NCBI GenBank assembly: GCA_964607765.1
Contig: CAZSNT010000035.1
Coordinates: 1,103 to 65,102, forward strand
Length of the DNA stretch: 64,000 nt
Source of the DNA: an uncultured Victivallales bacterium
GTDB taxonomy: Bacteria; Verrucomicrobiota; Lentisphaeria; Oligosphaerales; JABHEG01
Direction: 5' to 3'
Below are positions 45,567-54,226 of this stretch, one piece after another; the stretch's first letter is position 1; each line of letters begins with the position of its first letter. The notes under the pieces are model-generated. The model was not told the DNA's origin. It did not search any database and was given only the letters and a program-made list of their open reading frames with translations. The position numbers and the translations under genes are program-made.

Positions 45567-46606
45567 CTCACAAAGAACGCGTGGCCGCCGCCATCGCCCA
45601 CCGCCACCCGGACCGGACGCCGCGCGGCGAACTGGGCTACGGGAACGACATCGTGCGACGGCTCATCGGCGCCGAACGCTTCGCCTCCCTCAGCCCGAAC
45701 GAGCGCACACTGGCAGTGATTCGCGAGCTGGGCGCAGACTTGGTCGACGTCCATCAGTTCCCCATTGTCCGCGTGGGCGAGACGCCGTCCGGTTCGGTCT
45801 TCCGCAGCGTGCTCGGCGAGGAGCACGTCATCGTCAACGGCAGCTCCGCCCTGCACAAACCGGCGTTCCAGGACATCGAACAGGCCCGCGACTTCCCGGA
45901 GATCGACCCGGCCACCTGCCTGACCGACAACCTGGACTGGTTCCTCGCCAACAGCGACCTGTATGTCTTCGCCCAGGTGATGGGGCCGGTCAGCGCGTTG
46001 GACTGGATGCTGGGCACTGAGGACTTCATGATCTGGGCCATGACCGAGACCGAGGTCATCCGCGACGTCGTCGAGAAGGTCATCGCGTACGAGATCGCGC
46101 GCGCCTGCATCTTCGTCGATCACGGAGCGGAGGCGATCTTCGTTGCCGACGACATCGCCTTCAACACCGGGCTCTTCCTGCCGCCGCGGATCATGGACGC
46201 GCTCGCCTGGCCGTTCTACAAGAAGATGATCGCGGCGGTCAAGGCGCGACGCGACGTGCCGGTGTTTCTGCATACGGACGGCGACATTCGCAAAGCGCTT
46301 GCGGAGATCGCAGCTTGCGGCTTCGACGGGCTCCACTCGCTCCAGCCCAGCGCCGGCGTGGACATAGACGCGGTCAAACGCGACTACGGCGACCGGCTCT
46401 GCCTGATGGGCAACATGGACCTGAACCACCTGATGCCGTTCGGGACGCCTGCGGAGGTCGCACAAGAGGCACGGCGTCTGTGCCGGGAGATCGGCCACGA
46501 CGGCGGCCACATCCTCGCCACCTGCAACGTCATGACGGACGCCGTGCCGGCAGAGAACGCACGCGCCATGTACGCGGTACAGACCAAGAAGGACGGAGGA
46601 GCATGA
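45563..46606 (+). CDS. URO-D-like fold protein, subfamily A
   Basis: The ATG overlaps the previous stop (ATGA) and AAAGGAG lies upstream. Motifs 'MTHKERVAAAIAHRHPDRTPRGE', 'VFLHTDGDIRKALAEIAACGFDGLHSLQP', 'LMGNMD' and 'GGHILATCNVMTDAVPAENARAM'. The Arg/Pro-rich upstream extension in the ORF track was rejected. Confidence 0.7.
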   Translation: MTHKERVAAAIAHRHPDRTPRGELGYGNDIVRRLIGAERFASLSPNERTLAVIRELGADLVDVHQFPIVRVGETPSGSVFRSVLGEEHVIVNGSSALHKPAFQDIEQARDFPEIDPATCLTDNLDWFLANSDLYVFAQVMGPVSALDWMLGTEDFMIWAMTETEVIRDVVEKVIAYEIARACIFVDHGAEAIFVADDIAFNTGLFLPPRIMDALAWPFYKKMIAAVKARRDVPVFLHTDGDIRKALAEIAACGFDGLHSLQPSAGVDIDAVKRDYGDRLCLMGNMDLNHLMPFGTPAEVAQEARRLCREIGHDGGHILATCNVMTDAVPAENARAMYAVQTKKDGGA

Positions 46607-46929
46607 TTCTCGACATTTTCATCATTCTGGTCTACTTCGCCGTCGTCATGATCGGCGGGTTCTGGGCCCAGCGGCGGGCCGGCAAGAACATGGAGTCGTA
46701 CTTCCTCGGCAACCACAGGCTGCCCTGGTGGGCGCTGGCCATGTCCGGCTCGGCCTCGAACTTCTCCCTGATGGGCACCATGTGGATGTATACGGTGCTG
46801 TTCGTCATGGGCATCGAACCCTGTTCTCACCGTGCACATGCGCAGGAAGCCGAGGTCCTGACCGGGGAGCGAGTTACGCTGAGAACGGGAATGGCGGAAC
46901 ACATCCGGCTTGCCCCTGCCGGCGGTTGA
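46603..46929 (+). pseudogene. N-terminal remnant (~70 aa) of a sodium:solute symporter (SSS) family transporter
   Basis: The ATG overlaps the previous stop (ATGA) and GGAGGA lies upstream. 'MILDIFIILVYFAVVMIGGFWAQRRAGKNMESYFLGNHRLPWWALAMSGSASNFSLMGTMWMYTVLFVMG' resembles the first two SSS helices. From about 46813 the sequence is hydrophilic and unrelated, and it stops at 46929. Confidence 0.6.
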
Positions 46930-46948
46930 ACAGAGAAGCAGGGAATCG

Positions 46949-49087
46949 ATGAACAGACGATCAAGCAGCAATGTACTGTTGGGATTGTGCGCACTGGGCC
47001 TCATGACGACGGGCTCTCGCGCGTCCACAGCAGAAGGAGGGAAGATGCCGACTTACCTTAAGGGATACGAATCGCGTTGGAAGGAAGATCCCCATGCCGC
47101 CAACCTGGCCTGGTTCAAAGACGCCGGGTTCGGGATGTTCATCCATTTCTCACCAGCCAGCGGGATTGGGGCCTCTGGCTGGCGGAGGGTGGACAAGCGT
47201 TGGGCAGGCGCGCATGGCCGTAATGCAAGACTGAGCCAGGAGGACTATGACACATACCTCCTCGACAAATTCGAGCCGCAGTTGATGGACCCCGCCGCCG
47301 AGGAACGGATTCAGGCCTTCCGGGGGGAGAAGTTCGATGCGGATGCGATTGCCGATTTGGCTGTCGCCGCCAACATGAAGTACATCACCTTCACGGGGCA
47401 GCATGTCCTGGGGCGCATGTTCCTCTATGACACGAAGGCATCGGAGTTGAACAGCATACGTATGGGGCCGCAGCGCGATTTTGTCGCCGAACTGGCGGCG
47501 GCCTGCGAGAAGCGCGGTCTGGGCCTGTTCCTGTATGTGATGCCGCCCTATTCGGAGCCTGTCATCCGGGAGCGCCATAACACGATGTTGACCGACCTGT
47601 TGACGAAATACGGCCCCCTGGCCGGGGTGTGGTTCGACGGCATAGCGGAGGCTTACAAGAGGCCGGCGTCGTTTACGGATGTGTCAAAGACGTATGCGTT
47701 GGTTCGCTCGCTCCAACCGCACTGCCTGATCTCTTACAAGCAAGGCTACACCGGAGAGGAAGACTTTGTGGCTCCTGAATGGCACAAGGGCAAGCAGGGC
47801 GTGTTTGACGAACAGGGGAAACCCACACAGAGGCGCAGTGTACGCCCGGAGCATGTCCGAGCGGCCCTGCGACGCAAACACGTTGAGCGTTCGTTCACGT
47901 TGATGCACGGCAAGTGGTTTGATGAGCCGAAGGCGGGTCATCGTGATGCGGACGATGTGATGAGGGCGCATGACTTGGCTAGAGGTCTGAAGCAGAACTT
48001 CTTGCTGAATACCGGGTTGCGGTGGGACGGTTCCATTCATCCCGACGACGCACGCGTTCTGCCTGAAGTAGGGAGGCGGCTGCGCGCGCGCAGCGAGGAC
48101 TCAGCAGCATCGGGTCCTGCCGCCTGGTTTTCCGGGAAATGGGGCGTGATGCTCTGCTACTTGGCAGTCCCGGCCAGTACGGCAGGCAAGGGCAAGAGCG
48201 CGGAGGAGTGGAGTCGGCAAGTGGACGGCTTTGACGTCGAAGCTCGCGCGCGACAGCTCAAGGAAGTGGGCGCCTCCTACTTGCTCATCACCATCGGGCA
48301 GGGCTCCGGGCACTACTGCGCCCCCAATCCGGTGTACGACAAGTTGACCGGCATCGCGCCGAGCAAGTGCTCGCGCCGCGATCTCGTCGCGGACCTGGCC
48401 GATGCGCTGAATCCGCTTGGCATCAAGGTGATCGTCTACTCGGCTTCAGATGTTGGCTGGGGCGACCTGGCGGCCCGGAAAGCCCTGGGGATGACCAGTC
48501 ATCACAACGACCACCTCGTCGGCCTACGCAAGCGCGGCCAGAAGAACAGCTGGCAAGCAAACCGCGAGGGACAGGTTGAGTTCTTGCGGAACTCGATCAG
48601 GTTCCACGAGCAGTGGTCGAAGCAGTGGGGAACGAAAGTGGCGGGCTGGTGGATCGACGGCTGCTACCATCCGGAGATCCGGTTTCCGGAGGATGAGCCG
48701 CCCAATCTAGCGACCTTCAAGAAGGCCATCCTGGCGGGGAACCCGGATTCCATCGTCACGTTCAACGCGGGCGCGAAAGGCTCCTACGTGGCCACTGCGT
48801 ACGAAGACTACACGCCGGGAGAAGTCTCCCCCCGCAAGTCGTCACCCGGCCCCGCATGCCCGGGAGGCCTGGTCGAAGGCAAAGGCATCCGCTCGCGTTT
48901 CCACATCATGACGTGCTTGGGCAGGAGCTGGGGCCAAGGCGCCAAGCCGCGCTTCCCGGACGAGGTCGTGATCAAGTATACGAAGAATGTGACCTCCCAA
49001 GGAGGCTTCGTCTCGTGGGACGTGCCGCCGACCGAGAAAGGGCTGATCCCCGAAGCATTCATGAAGCAGTTGCGAGCCCTGAAGTAG
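46949..49087 (+). CDS. Secreted protein with two tandem divergent GH29-like (fucosidase-fold) domains
   Basis: Signal peptide 'MNRRSSSNVLLGLCALGLMTTGSRAS'. Domain 1 has 'AWFKDAGFGMFIHFS', 'KYITFTGQHVLGRMF' in place of KHHDGF, and 'GPLAGVWFDG'. Domain 2 has 'WFSGKWGVMLCY', 'ASYLLITIGQGSGHY' and 'VAGWWIDGCY'. Confidence 0.5.
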   Translation: MNRRSSSNVLLGLCALGLMTTGSRASTAEGGKMPTYLKGYESRWKEDPHAANLAWFKDAGFGMFIHFSPASGIGASGWRRVDKRWAGAHGRNARLSQEDYDTYLLDKFEPQLMDPAAEERIQAFRGEKFDADAIADLAVAANMKYITFTGQHVLGRMFLYDTKASELNSIRMGPQRDFVAELAAACEKRGLGLFLYVMPPYSEPVIRERHNTMLTDLLTKYGPLAGVWFDGIAEAYKRPASFTDVSKTYALVRSLQPHCLISYKQGYTGEEDFVAPEWHKGKQGVFDEQGKPTQRRSVRPEHVRAALRRKHVERSFTLMHGKWFDEPKAGHRDADDVMRAHDLARGLKQNFLLNTGLRWDGSIHPDDARVLPEVGRRLRARSEDSAASGPAAWFSGKWGVMLCYLAVPASTAGKGKSAEEWSRQVDGFDVEARARQLKEVGASYLLITIGQGSGHYCAPNPVYDKLTGIAPSKCSRRDLVADLADALNPLGIKVIVYSASDVGWGDLAARKALGMTSHHNDHLVGLRKRGQKNSWQANREGQVEFLRNSIRFHEQWSKQWGTKVAGWWIDGCYHPEIRFPEDEPPNLATFKKAILAGNPDSIVTFNAGAKGSYVATAYEDYTPGEVSPRKSSPGPACPGGLVEGKGIRSRFHIMTCLGRSWGQGAKPRFPDEVVIKYTKNVTSQGGFVSWDVPPTEKGLIPEAFMKQLRALK

Positions 49088-49130
49088 TGTCCTGGGAAAG
49101 GTGGCGGAGAACTCAACTGGAATCAAAGGA

Positions 49131-50558
49131 ATGACGATGAGTGACAGCAGCAAACCCAACGTACTCATGATCGTCGCAGATGATCAGCGCTTCGACACGA
49201 TCGCGGCGCTCAACAACCCGGACATCATCACCCCCAATCTGGACCGGTTGGTGAGATCGGGGACGGCTTTCACCAACGCCTATTTCATGGGCGGGACGAT
49301 GCCCGCGGTGTGTTGCCCGAGTCGCGGCATGATGCTGTCCGGGCGGTATCTCTACAACCTCAAGGACTCAGGGAGAGAGATCCCCGCGACCGACGTCTCG
49401 CTGCCGGAAACGCTGACCAGGGCAGGCTACGACACCATCGCCGTCGGCAAGCAACACAACGGCCAGGCGTTCGTCAGACGCGCCTTCCATGAAGCTCGGC
49501 ACGTCTTCAACAAGCCCTGGTGGGGGTACTACAACCACGGCGTCCATTTCGACATGCTCCGGGACAAGACCTGCGTGCCTCCCGAGCGCTGGTATCCGGA
49601 ATATGAGATGAAGCACACGGACGAAGCGTACACGGACGCTGCGGTATCCTACCTCTGCCGGCGCGACAAGACCAAGCCCTTCTTCATGCACCTGGCCTTC
49701 GTCCAGCCGCACGACCCCATCGAGGCGCCGGAGCGATTCCGCAACATGTATCCCCCCACGGGCGTAGACCTGCCGCCCAACTATCTCTCAGATCCCGTGT
49801 TCAACAACGGGTCGCTCTTCGTCCGCCGCATGCAGCAGTCCATTCGCGGCGAGGTCCTGGGCGAGGGAAAGATCAATGTCAACTGGCGCCCTCTTGTCGA
49901 AGAAGAAATGCGCAACCATCTGGCCACCTACTATGCCATGGTCACGCATCTTGATCATCTCGTTGGTCGGGTCCTCAAGAAGCTGGAACACGACAATGAG
50001 CTGGAGAACACGATCGTCGTCTTTGTCGGCGACAACGGCATCGGCATGGGGCAACACGGGCATCTCCACAAGCAGACCGTCTACGACCACGACGTCCATG
50101 TGCCGCTTCTCTTCTGCGGCCCCGGCATTCCCAAGGGCGAACAGCGGGATACCCTCTGCTACATCGGCAGCATCTACCCGACCCTGTGCGACCTGCTCGG
50201 CGTCGGCATCCCGGGAACGGTCGACTTTCAAAGCATTCTGCCCTCGATCCAGAATCCCGCCGAAAAGGCCCTGGAGCGTCTCTACTTTGCCCACAACGAG
50301 GTCCAACGGGCGGAGTTCGACGGTCGCTACAAACTGATCGAATACAACGTCGGCGCCGATGCGAACGCCGCAGGAGACTACCCCCCGCCTGGCCGCAAGA
50401 CCCAGTTGTTCGACCACGCAGACGACCGCTGGGAGCTCCATGATCTGTCCGCCATGCCGGAGCACGGCCAGACCATCGCCCGTCTGCGCCAACAGATGCT
50501 GGACGACAAAGCGCATTACAACGATCATCGGCCCTTCTGGGACGGCGTCGAGCTGTGA
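49131..50558 (+). CDS. S1 sulfatase, Cys-type
   Basis: AAAGGA lies upstream. Motifs 'KPNVLMIVADDQRFD' and 'CCPSRGMMLSGRY'. No signal peptide. GTG 49101 is an alternative start. Confidence 0.88.
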   Translation: MTMSDSSKPNVLMIVADDQRFDTIAALNNPDIITPNLDRLVRSGTAFTNAYFMGGTMPAVCCPSRGMMLSGRYLYNLKDSGREIPATDVSLPETLTRAGYDTIAVGKQHNGQAFVRRAFHEARHVFNKPWWGYYNHGVHFDMLRDKTCVPPERWYPEYEMKHTDEAYTDAAVSYLCRRDKTKPFFMHLAFVQPHDPIEAPERFRNMYPPTGVDLPPNYLSDPVFNNGSLFVRRMQQSIRGEVLGEGKINVNWRPLVEEEMRNHLATYYAMVTHLDHLVGRVLKKLEHDNELENTIVVFVGDNGIGMGQHGHLHKQTVYDHDVHVPLLFCGPGIPKGEQRDTLCYIGSIYPTLCDLLGVGIPGTVDFQSILPSIQNPAEKALERLYFAHNEVQRAEFDGRYKLIEYNVGADANAAGDYPPPGRKTQLFDHADDRWELHDLSAMPEHGQTIARLRQQMLDDKAHYNDHRPFWDGVEL

Positions 50559-50678
50559 GTGAAGCCCTCCCGGAGCAGGTTTCGCGGAGACCGCAATGAC
50601 GTCAACTGAGCACAACAAAAACTCCATCTGTAGGCCGCGGAACTGGTTCGTCAATCACTGAAGAAGGGCGCCGTCGCC

Positions 50679-52577
50679 ATGTGGACACGTTTGACCACCG
50701 TCGGGATTCTGATCATGCTTTCTCTATCTGACATCGCCAATGCGGAATCTGCCTCCGTTCGCATGAAATGGGACGACTTCCTCTACATCGACATGGCAGA
50801 GGAAGCCGACCCCGTCCGTTTCCCACTGCCTCCAGGCATTACGGCGGAGACCATTGAGCGGGTGGAGATTCACGAGGCAGCCCGCCCGGCGGTCCATCGC
50901 GTAGAGGGCGCCGAGTTGGTGATCGAGCCGTGCGGCGTATGGGAGAATGACCTGAACCTGATTGAACTGACCACTAGGGCTGGAGAGCGTCGCGACTTCT
51001 TCGTGTGCCGCTACCGAGGCAATGCAAACAAGGTCCACGCCGAGGATCGCGAAAGACGCATCGCTTTCGCGAGACGAGAGGCCATCCTGAAAGGGTTGCA
51101 GGAAACGGTTGACGCCGGCTACACCGAGGATCCGCGAGCTTGCGTCACATTCGAACGCGAGGCCTTTACGGCGGGCTCTGTCAACGGGATATCTGTGAAT
51201 GGCGTCGACATACCGGCGGCGCCCGTCCTCGAGCCGGGCCGACTGCGCATCACGCCGCCGGGGCAGTGGAAAGAGGGGCTGAATACCATCGTTGTGGACC
51301 TGGCTTCCGGTTCTTCCTGTACCTACTACCTGACCCACTATACCGGCATTGTGCCTGTTGTTTACGACCAGCAGACCTGCACGGTCGGCGGCGACGCGTT
51401 CTATCCCCGGGCTATCTACACCGTGGGCGAGGATCAAATAGAAGAGGTGGCCGACCTGGGAATCAACCTTGTTCACAATTACGGCCTCGCCAAGCCTGCT
51501 CCAGAAAAGACTCGGCGGTATTTCGATGCCGCTCAGCGCCATCACGTACGGGTCTTCTGCCACATTGCCTGCGACGCAATGCGGAAGGGAGACATCCACG
51601 CGTTTGTTGAGAAGATCGCGGCTTTCATGAACCATCCGGCGCTTTTCGGCTGGTACGTCTGGGATGAGCCTCACCCGGCAGACTTCTCCTCCGCCTATTG
51701 GGAGTTCTTCACGCACATCCTGCGCCGTGTCGACCCCTTTCATCCACAGATCAGTTCGCACTGGTACGTCAAGCACTATGCCGACTCCGGCGGCATGGAC
51801 ATGCGGCAGATCTATCACGGCAGCGCTTCCGCGGCTGCCGCCATGCTGCAGCGCTACGAGCGGAACATGCGGCGGTACGAGAAAATGTCCTGGGTTGCGA
51901 TCCTGAATACGCACGAGGGGTTTTGGCCCCGCGGCATGCTTCCCTATTCGGCAACATGGCTCTCGAAGACGTTCAGCGGCTCACCGCAGCCTGAAGCGGA
52001 GGTCCTTGCCTTCCGTCAGGCCCATGTGGACCTGGTCAACGCCAGCATCGAGGCCCCCCCGTTCCCGCCCCCGCCAGGCCTCCCTCTGACCCGGCATCAG
52101 ATTCGCGGCCAGGCTCTGTCGGCCATCGCCTATGGGTCCAACGGTCTCTTCTACTGGCCCTACATCGTCGGCAAACAGTCCGTCGACTATGGATGGTATA
52201 CGCTCTTCAATCAGCCGAAGTCCCGGGGCTATTTCGAGGAGTTGATGAATGACCTGAGGCGCCTCGGACCTTTCGTCTACGACCCGACCAGCAACAGTGT
52301 CACCTGGCGTACGGACGGTTTCTTCTTCCGGCAAAAACGGGTGGGCAACAATGCGATGATCATCGCGGTGAACGAGAATCCGCACGATCATCGGTTTGCC
52401 ACTCACGTGCATGCCTACGATGATTTGAGGCCGGGAGGAACGCTGCAGGTTTTCAATGAGCCCGGGATCACGGCGATTTCGCTGAAGCAACTTGCTCTGC
52501 AAGACTCCCTGCGGAAAGACGAAGCCCGAGTCTACCTGTTCAAGCCAACATCAAGTGAGGATCGTGATGGAAAGTAG
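50679..52577 (+). CDS. Secreted hypothetical protein: two repeated ~90-aa N-terminal modules plus a TIM-barrel glycosidase-like C-terminal region
   Basis: Signal peptide 'MWTRLTTVGILIMLSLSDIANA'. There is an internal repeat: 'AELVIEPCGVWENDLNLIELT..FFVCRY' versus 'GRLRITPPGQWKEGLNTIVVDL..YYLTHY'. 'DLGINLVHNYG' and 'NHPALFGWYVWDEP' resemble clan GH-A strand motifs. The family is not identified. Confidence 0.35.
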   Translation: MWTRLTTVGILIMLSLSDIANAESASVRMKWDDFLYIDMAEEADPVRFPLPPGITAETIERVEIHEAARPAVHRVEGAELVIEPCGVWENDLNLIELTTRAGERRDFFVCRYRGNANKVHAEDRERRIAFARREAILKGLQETVDAGYTEDPRACVTFEREAFTAGSVNGISVNGVDIPAAPVLEPGRLRITPPGQWKEGLNTIVVDLASGSSCTYYLTHYTGIVPVVYDQQTCTVGGDAFYPRAIYTVGEDQIEEVADLGINLVHNYGLAKPAPEKTRRYFDAAQRHHVRVFCHIACDAMRKGDIHAFVEKIAAFMNHPALFGWYVWDEPHPADFSSAYWEFFTHILRRVDPFHPQISSHWYVKHYADSGGMDMRQIYHGSASAAAAMLQRYERNMRRYEKMSWVAILNTHEGFWPRGMLPYSATWLSKTFSGSPQPEAEVLAFRQAHVDLVNASIEAPPFPPPPGLPLTRHQIRGQALSAIAYGSNGLFYWPYIVGKQSVDYGWYTLFNQPKSRGYFEELMNDLRRLGPFVYDPTSNSVTWRTDGFFFRQKRVGNNAMIIAVNENPHDHRFATHVHAYDDLRPGGTLQVFNEPGITAISLKQLALQDSLRKDEARVYLFKPTSSEDRDGK

Positions 52578-54036
52578 AAACGAGAGTAGTCGGCCTTCCC
52601 CTGAAGGGGCGTCGGGTGAAAAGCCCAACATTGTCCTCATCCTGACAGACGACCTGGGCTACGGGGATGTCCGCTGCTACCACCCCGGCTCTCTGGTCCC
52701 CACGCCGAGCATCGACCGGCTGGCCGCCGAAGGCATGTCGTTCATGAATGCCCACACGTCCTCGTCTGTCTGCACACCGACGCGCTACTCCCTGTTGACG
52801 GGCCGGTACTGCTGGCGCACCAGGCTCAAAGAAGCCGTCCTGTTCTACTACGAACAGCCGTTGATCGAGCAGGGGCGCATGACCATCGGCTCGCTCCTGA
52901 AACAGGCGGGATACCACACCGGGTATGTGGGCAAATGGCATCTTGGGCTTGACTGGGCCACGCTGGACGGCAACCCGGTCTACCCGCCGGAGCACATCCC
53001 GGGATCCAAAGCGCAAGACGCGAGCTGCGAGAAGAGGATCGATTTCGACAAGCCCATAGCCGGCGGCCCCGCGGACCTTGGCTTCGACTACTTCTTCGGT
53101 ACGTCGGACTGTTCCACGTGTCAGCCCCCCTATGCGTTCATTGAGAACCGGCAGTTCTACCAGAAACCGACAGAATACAGAGGGGGAGATTGCATCCGCC
53201 CAGGGATGATGGCCAGCGACTGGAATGACGCGGACGTCGACGTCCATTTCGCGGAGAAGTCGCGGGAGTTCCTCGACAACCACAAAGAGAGCCAACCGGA
53301 CACTCCGTTCTTCCTCACGCTCGCGACGTCTGCCGTCCACGTGCCGTTTACGCCTCCTGCCTTCATCAAGGAGAAGACAACGGACTACGGACGCATGATC
53401 TGTACAGTCGACTGGGTGGTCAACCAGGTAATGGAAGCACTGGAGGCCCATGGGTACGCCGAGAATACCATGATCATATTCACCAGTGACAACGGGCCGA
53501 TCACGACGGAATCTGCCGGCAGGTACCGAGGGACGAAATGGCGGATCTATGATGGCGGTTTCCGGGTCCCGTTCATTGTCCGCTGGCCAGGCAAGGTCAT
53601 CCCCGGGACTGTTTCCCAGCAGACGCTCTGCCTCACCGACATGCTGGCCACGTTTGCTGCATTGACGCAGCAGCCTCTCCCGCAGGACGCCGGCGAAGAC
53701 AGCTTCGACATGCTCCCGGCATTCCTCGACCCCGAGCTCGAGTCCCCCATTCGCAATCTCACGATCCATCAGTCGGTCGACGGGACCTACACCCTCAAGA
53801 GTGGCGACTGGAAGATCATCTTTGGCGACACGGATGGCAGAATCAGCGACAGGGAGCATCGGCTTTACAACGTCGTCACCGGGAATGCGGGGCAGCTGTT
53901 CAACATTGCGGCAGATCCTGAGGAGACATGCGATGTCTGGTCGGAGTACCCGGAAGTCGTCGCTCGGCTCACCCGAGAGTTCGAGGGGCATCGGGCCTCG
54001 ACGGGAACTGCCCTGACCGAGCGTGGGCGACAATGA
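52567..54036 (+). CDS. S1 sulfatase, Cys-type (arylsulfatase-like)
   Basis: GAGGA lies 6 nt upstream. Motifs 'KPNIVLILTDDLGYGD' and 'CTPTRYSLLTGRYCWR'. It overlaps the previous gene by 11 nt. No signal peptide. Confidence 0.88.
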   Translation: MESRNESSRPSPEGASGEKPNIVLILTDDLGYGDVRCYHPGSLVPTPSIDRLAAEGMSFMNAHTSSSVCTPTRYSLLTGRYCWRTRLKEAVLFYYEQPLIEQGRMTIGSLLKQAGYHTGYVGKWHLGLDWATLDGNPVYPPEHIPGSKAQDASCEKRIDFDKPIAGGPADLGFDYFFGTSDCSTCQPPYAFIENRQFYQKPTEYRGGDCIRPGMMASDWNDADVDVHFAEKSREFLDNHKESQPDTPFFLTLATSAVHVPFTPPAFIKEKTTDYGRMICTVDWVVNQVMEALEAHGYAENTMIIFTSDNGPITTESAGRYRGTKWRIYDGGFRVPFIVRWPGKVIPGTVSQQTLCLTDMLATFAALTQQPLPQDAGEDSFDMLPAFLDPELESPIRNLTIHQSVDGTYTLKSGDWKIIFGDTDGRISDREHRLYNVVTGNAGQLFNIAADPEETCDVWSEYPEVVARLTREFEGHRASTGTALTERGRQ

Positions 54037-54130
54037 CGAGGTTGATGAGATGATCTCCCAAAGGAGCTTCTGCCGGCCACGCTGGGCAGGTTTGGCCGCT
54101 GGCCTTCCGGGCGCCGATGAAGGAACGACT

Positions 54131-54208
54131 ATGAGCAGAAACGACAAGCCCCACGGACTCATGATCGCTGCGGATCATCAGCGCTTCGACACAGATCCCA
54201 ATTGCTGA
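54131..54208 (+). pseudogene. 25-aa N-terminal remnant of a sulfatase, paralogous to 49131..50558
   Basis: Compare 'MSRNDKPHGLMIAADHQRFDT' with 'MSDSSKPNVLMIVADDQRFDT'. The DNA also matches ('actcatgatcg..gc.gat.atcagcgcttcgacac'). A stop follows immediately after. Confidence 0.65.
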
Positions 54209-54226
54209 CAACTACAGGAGAGCAGT

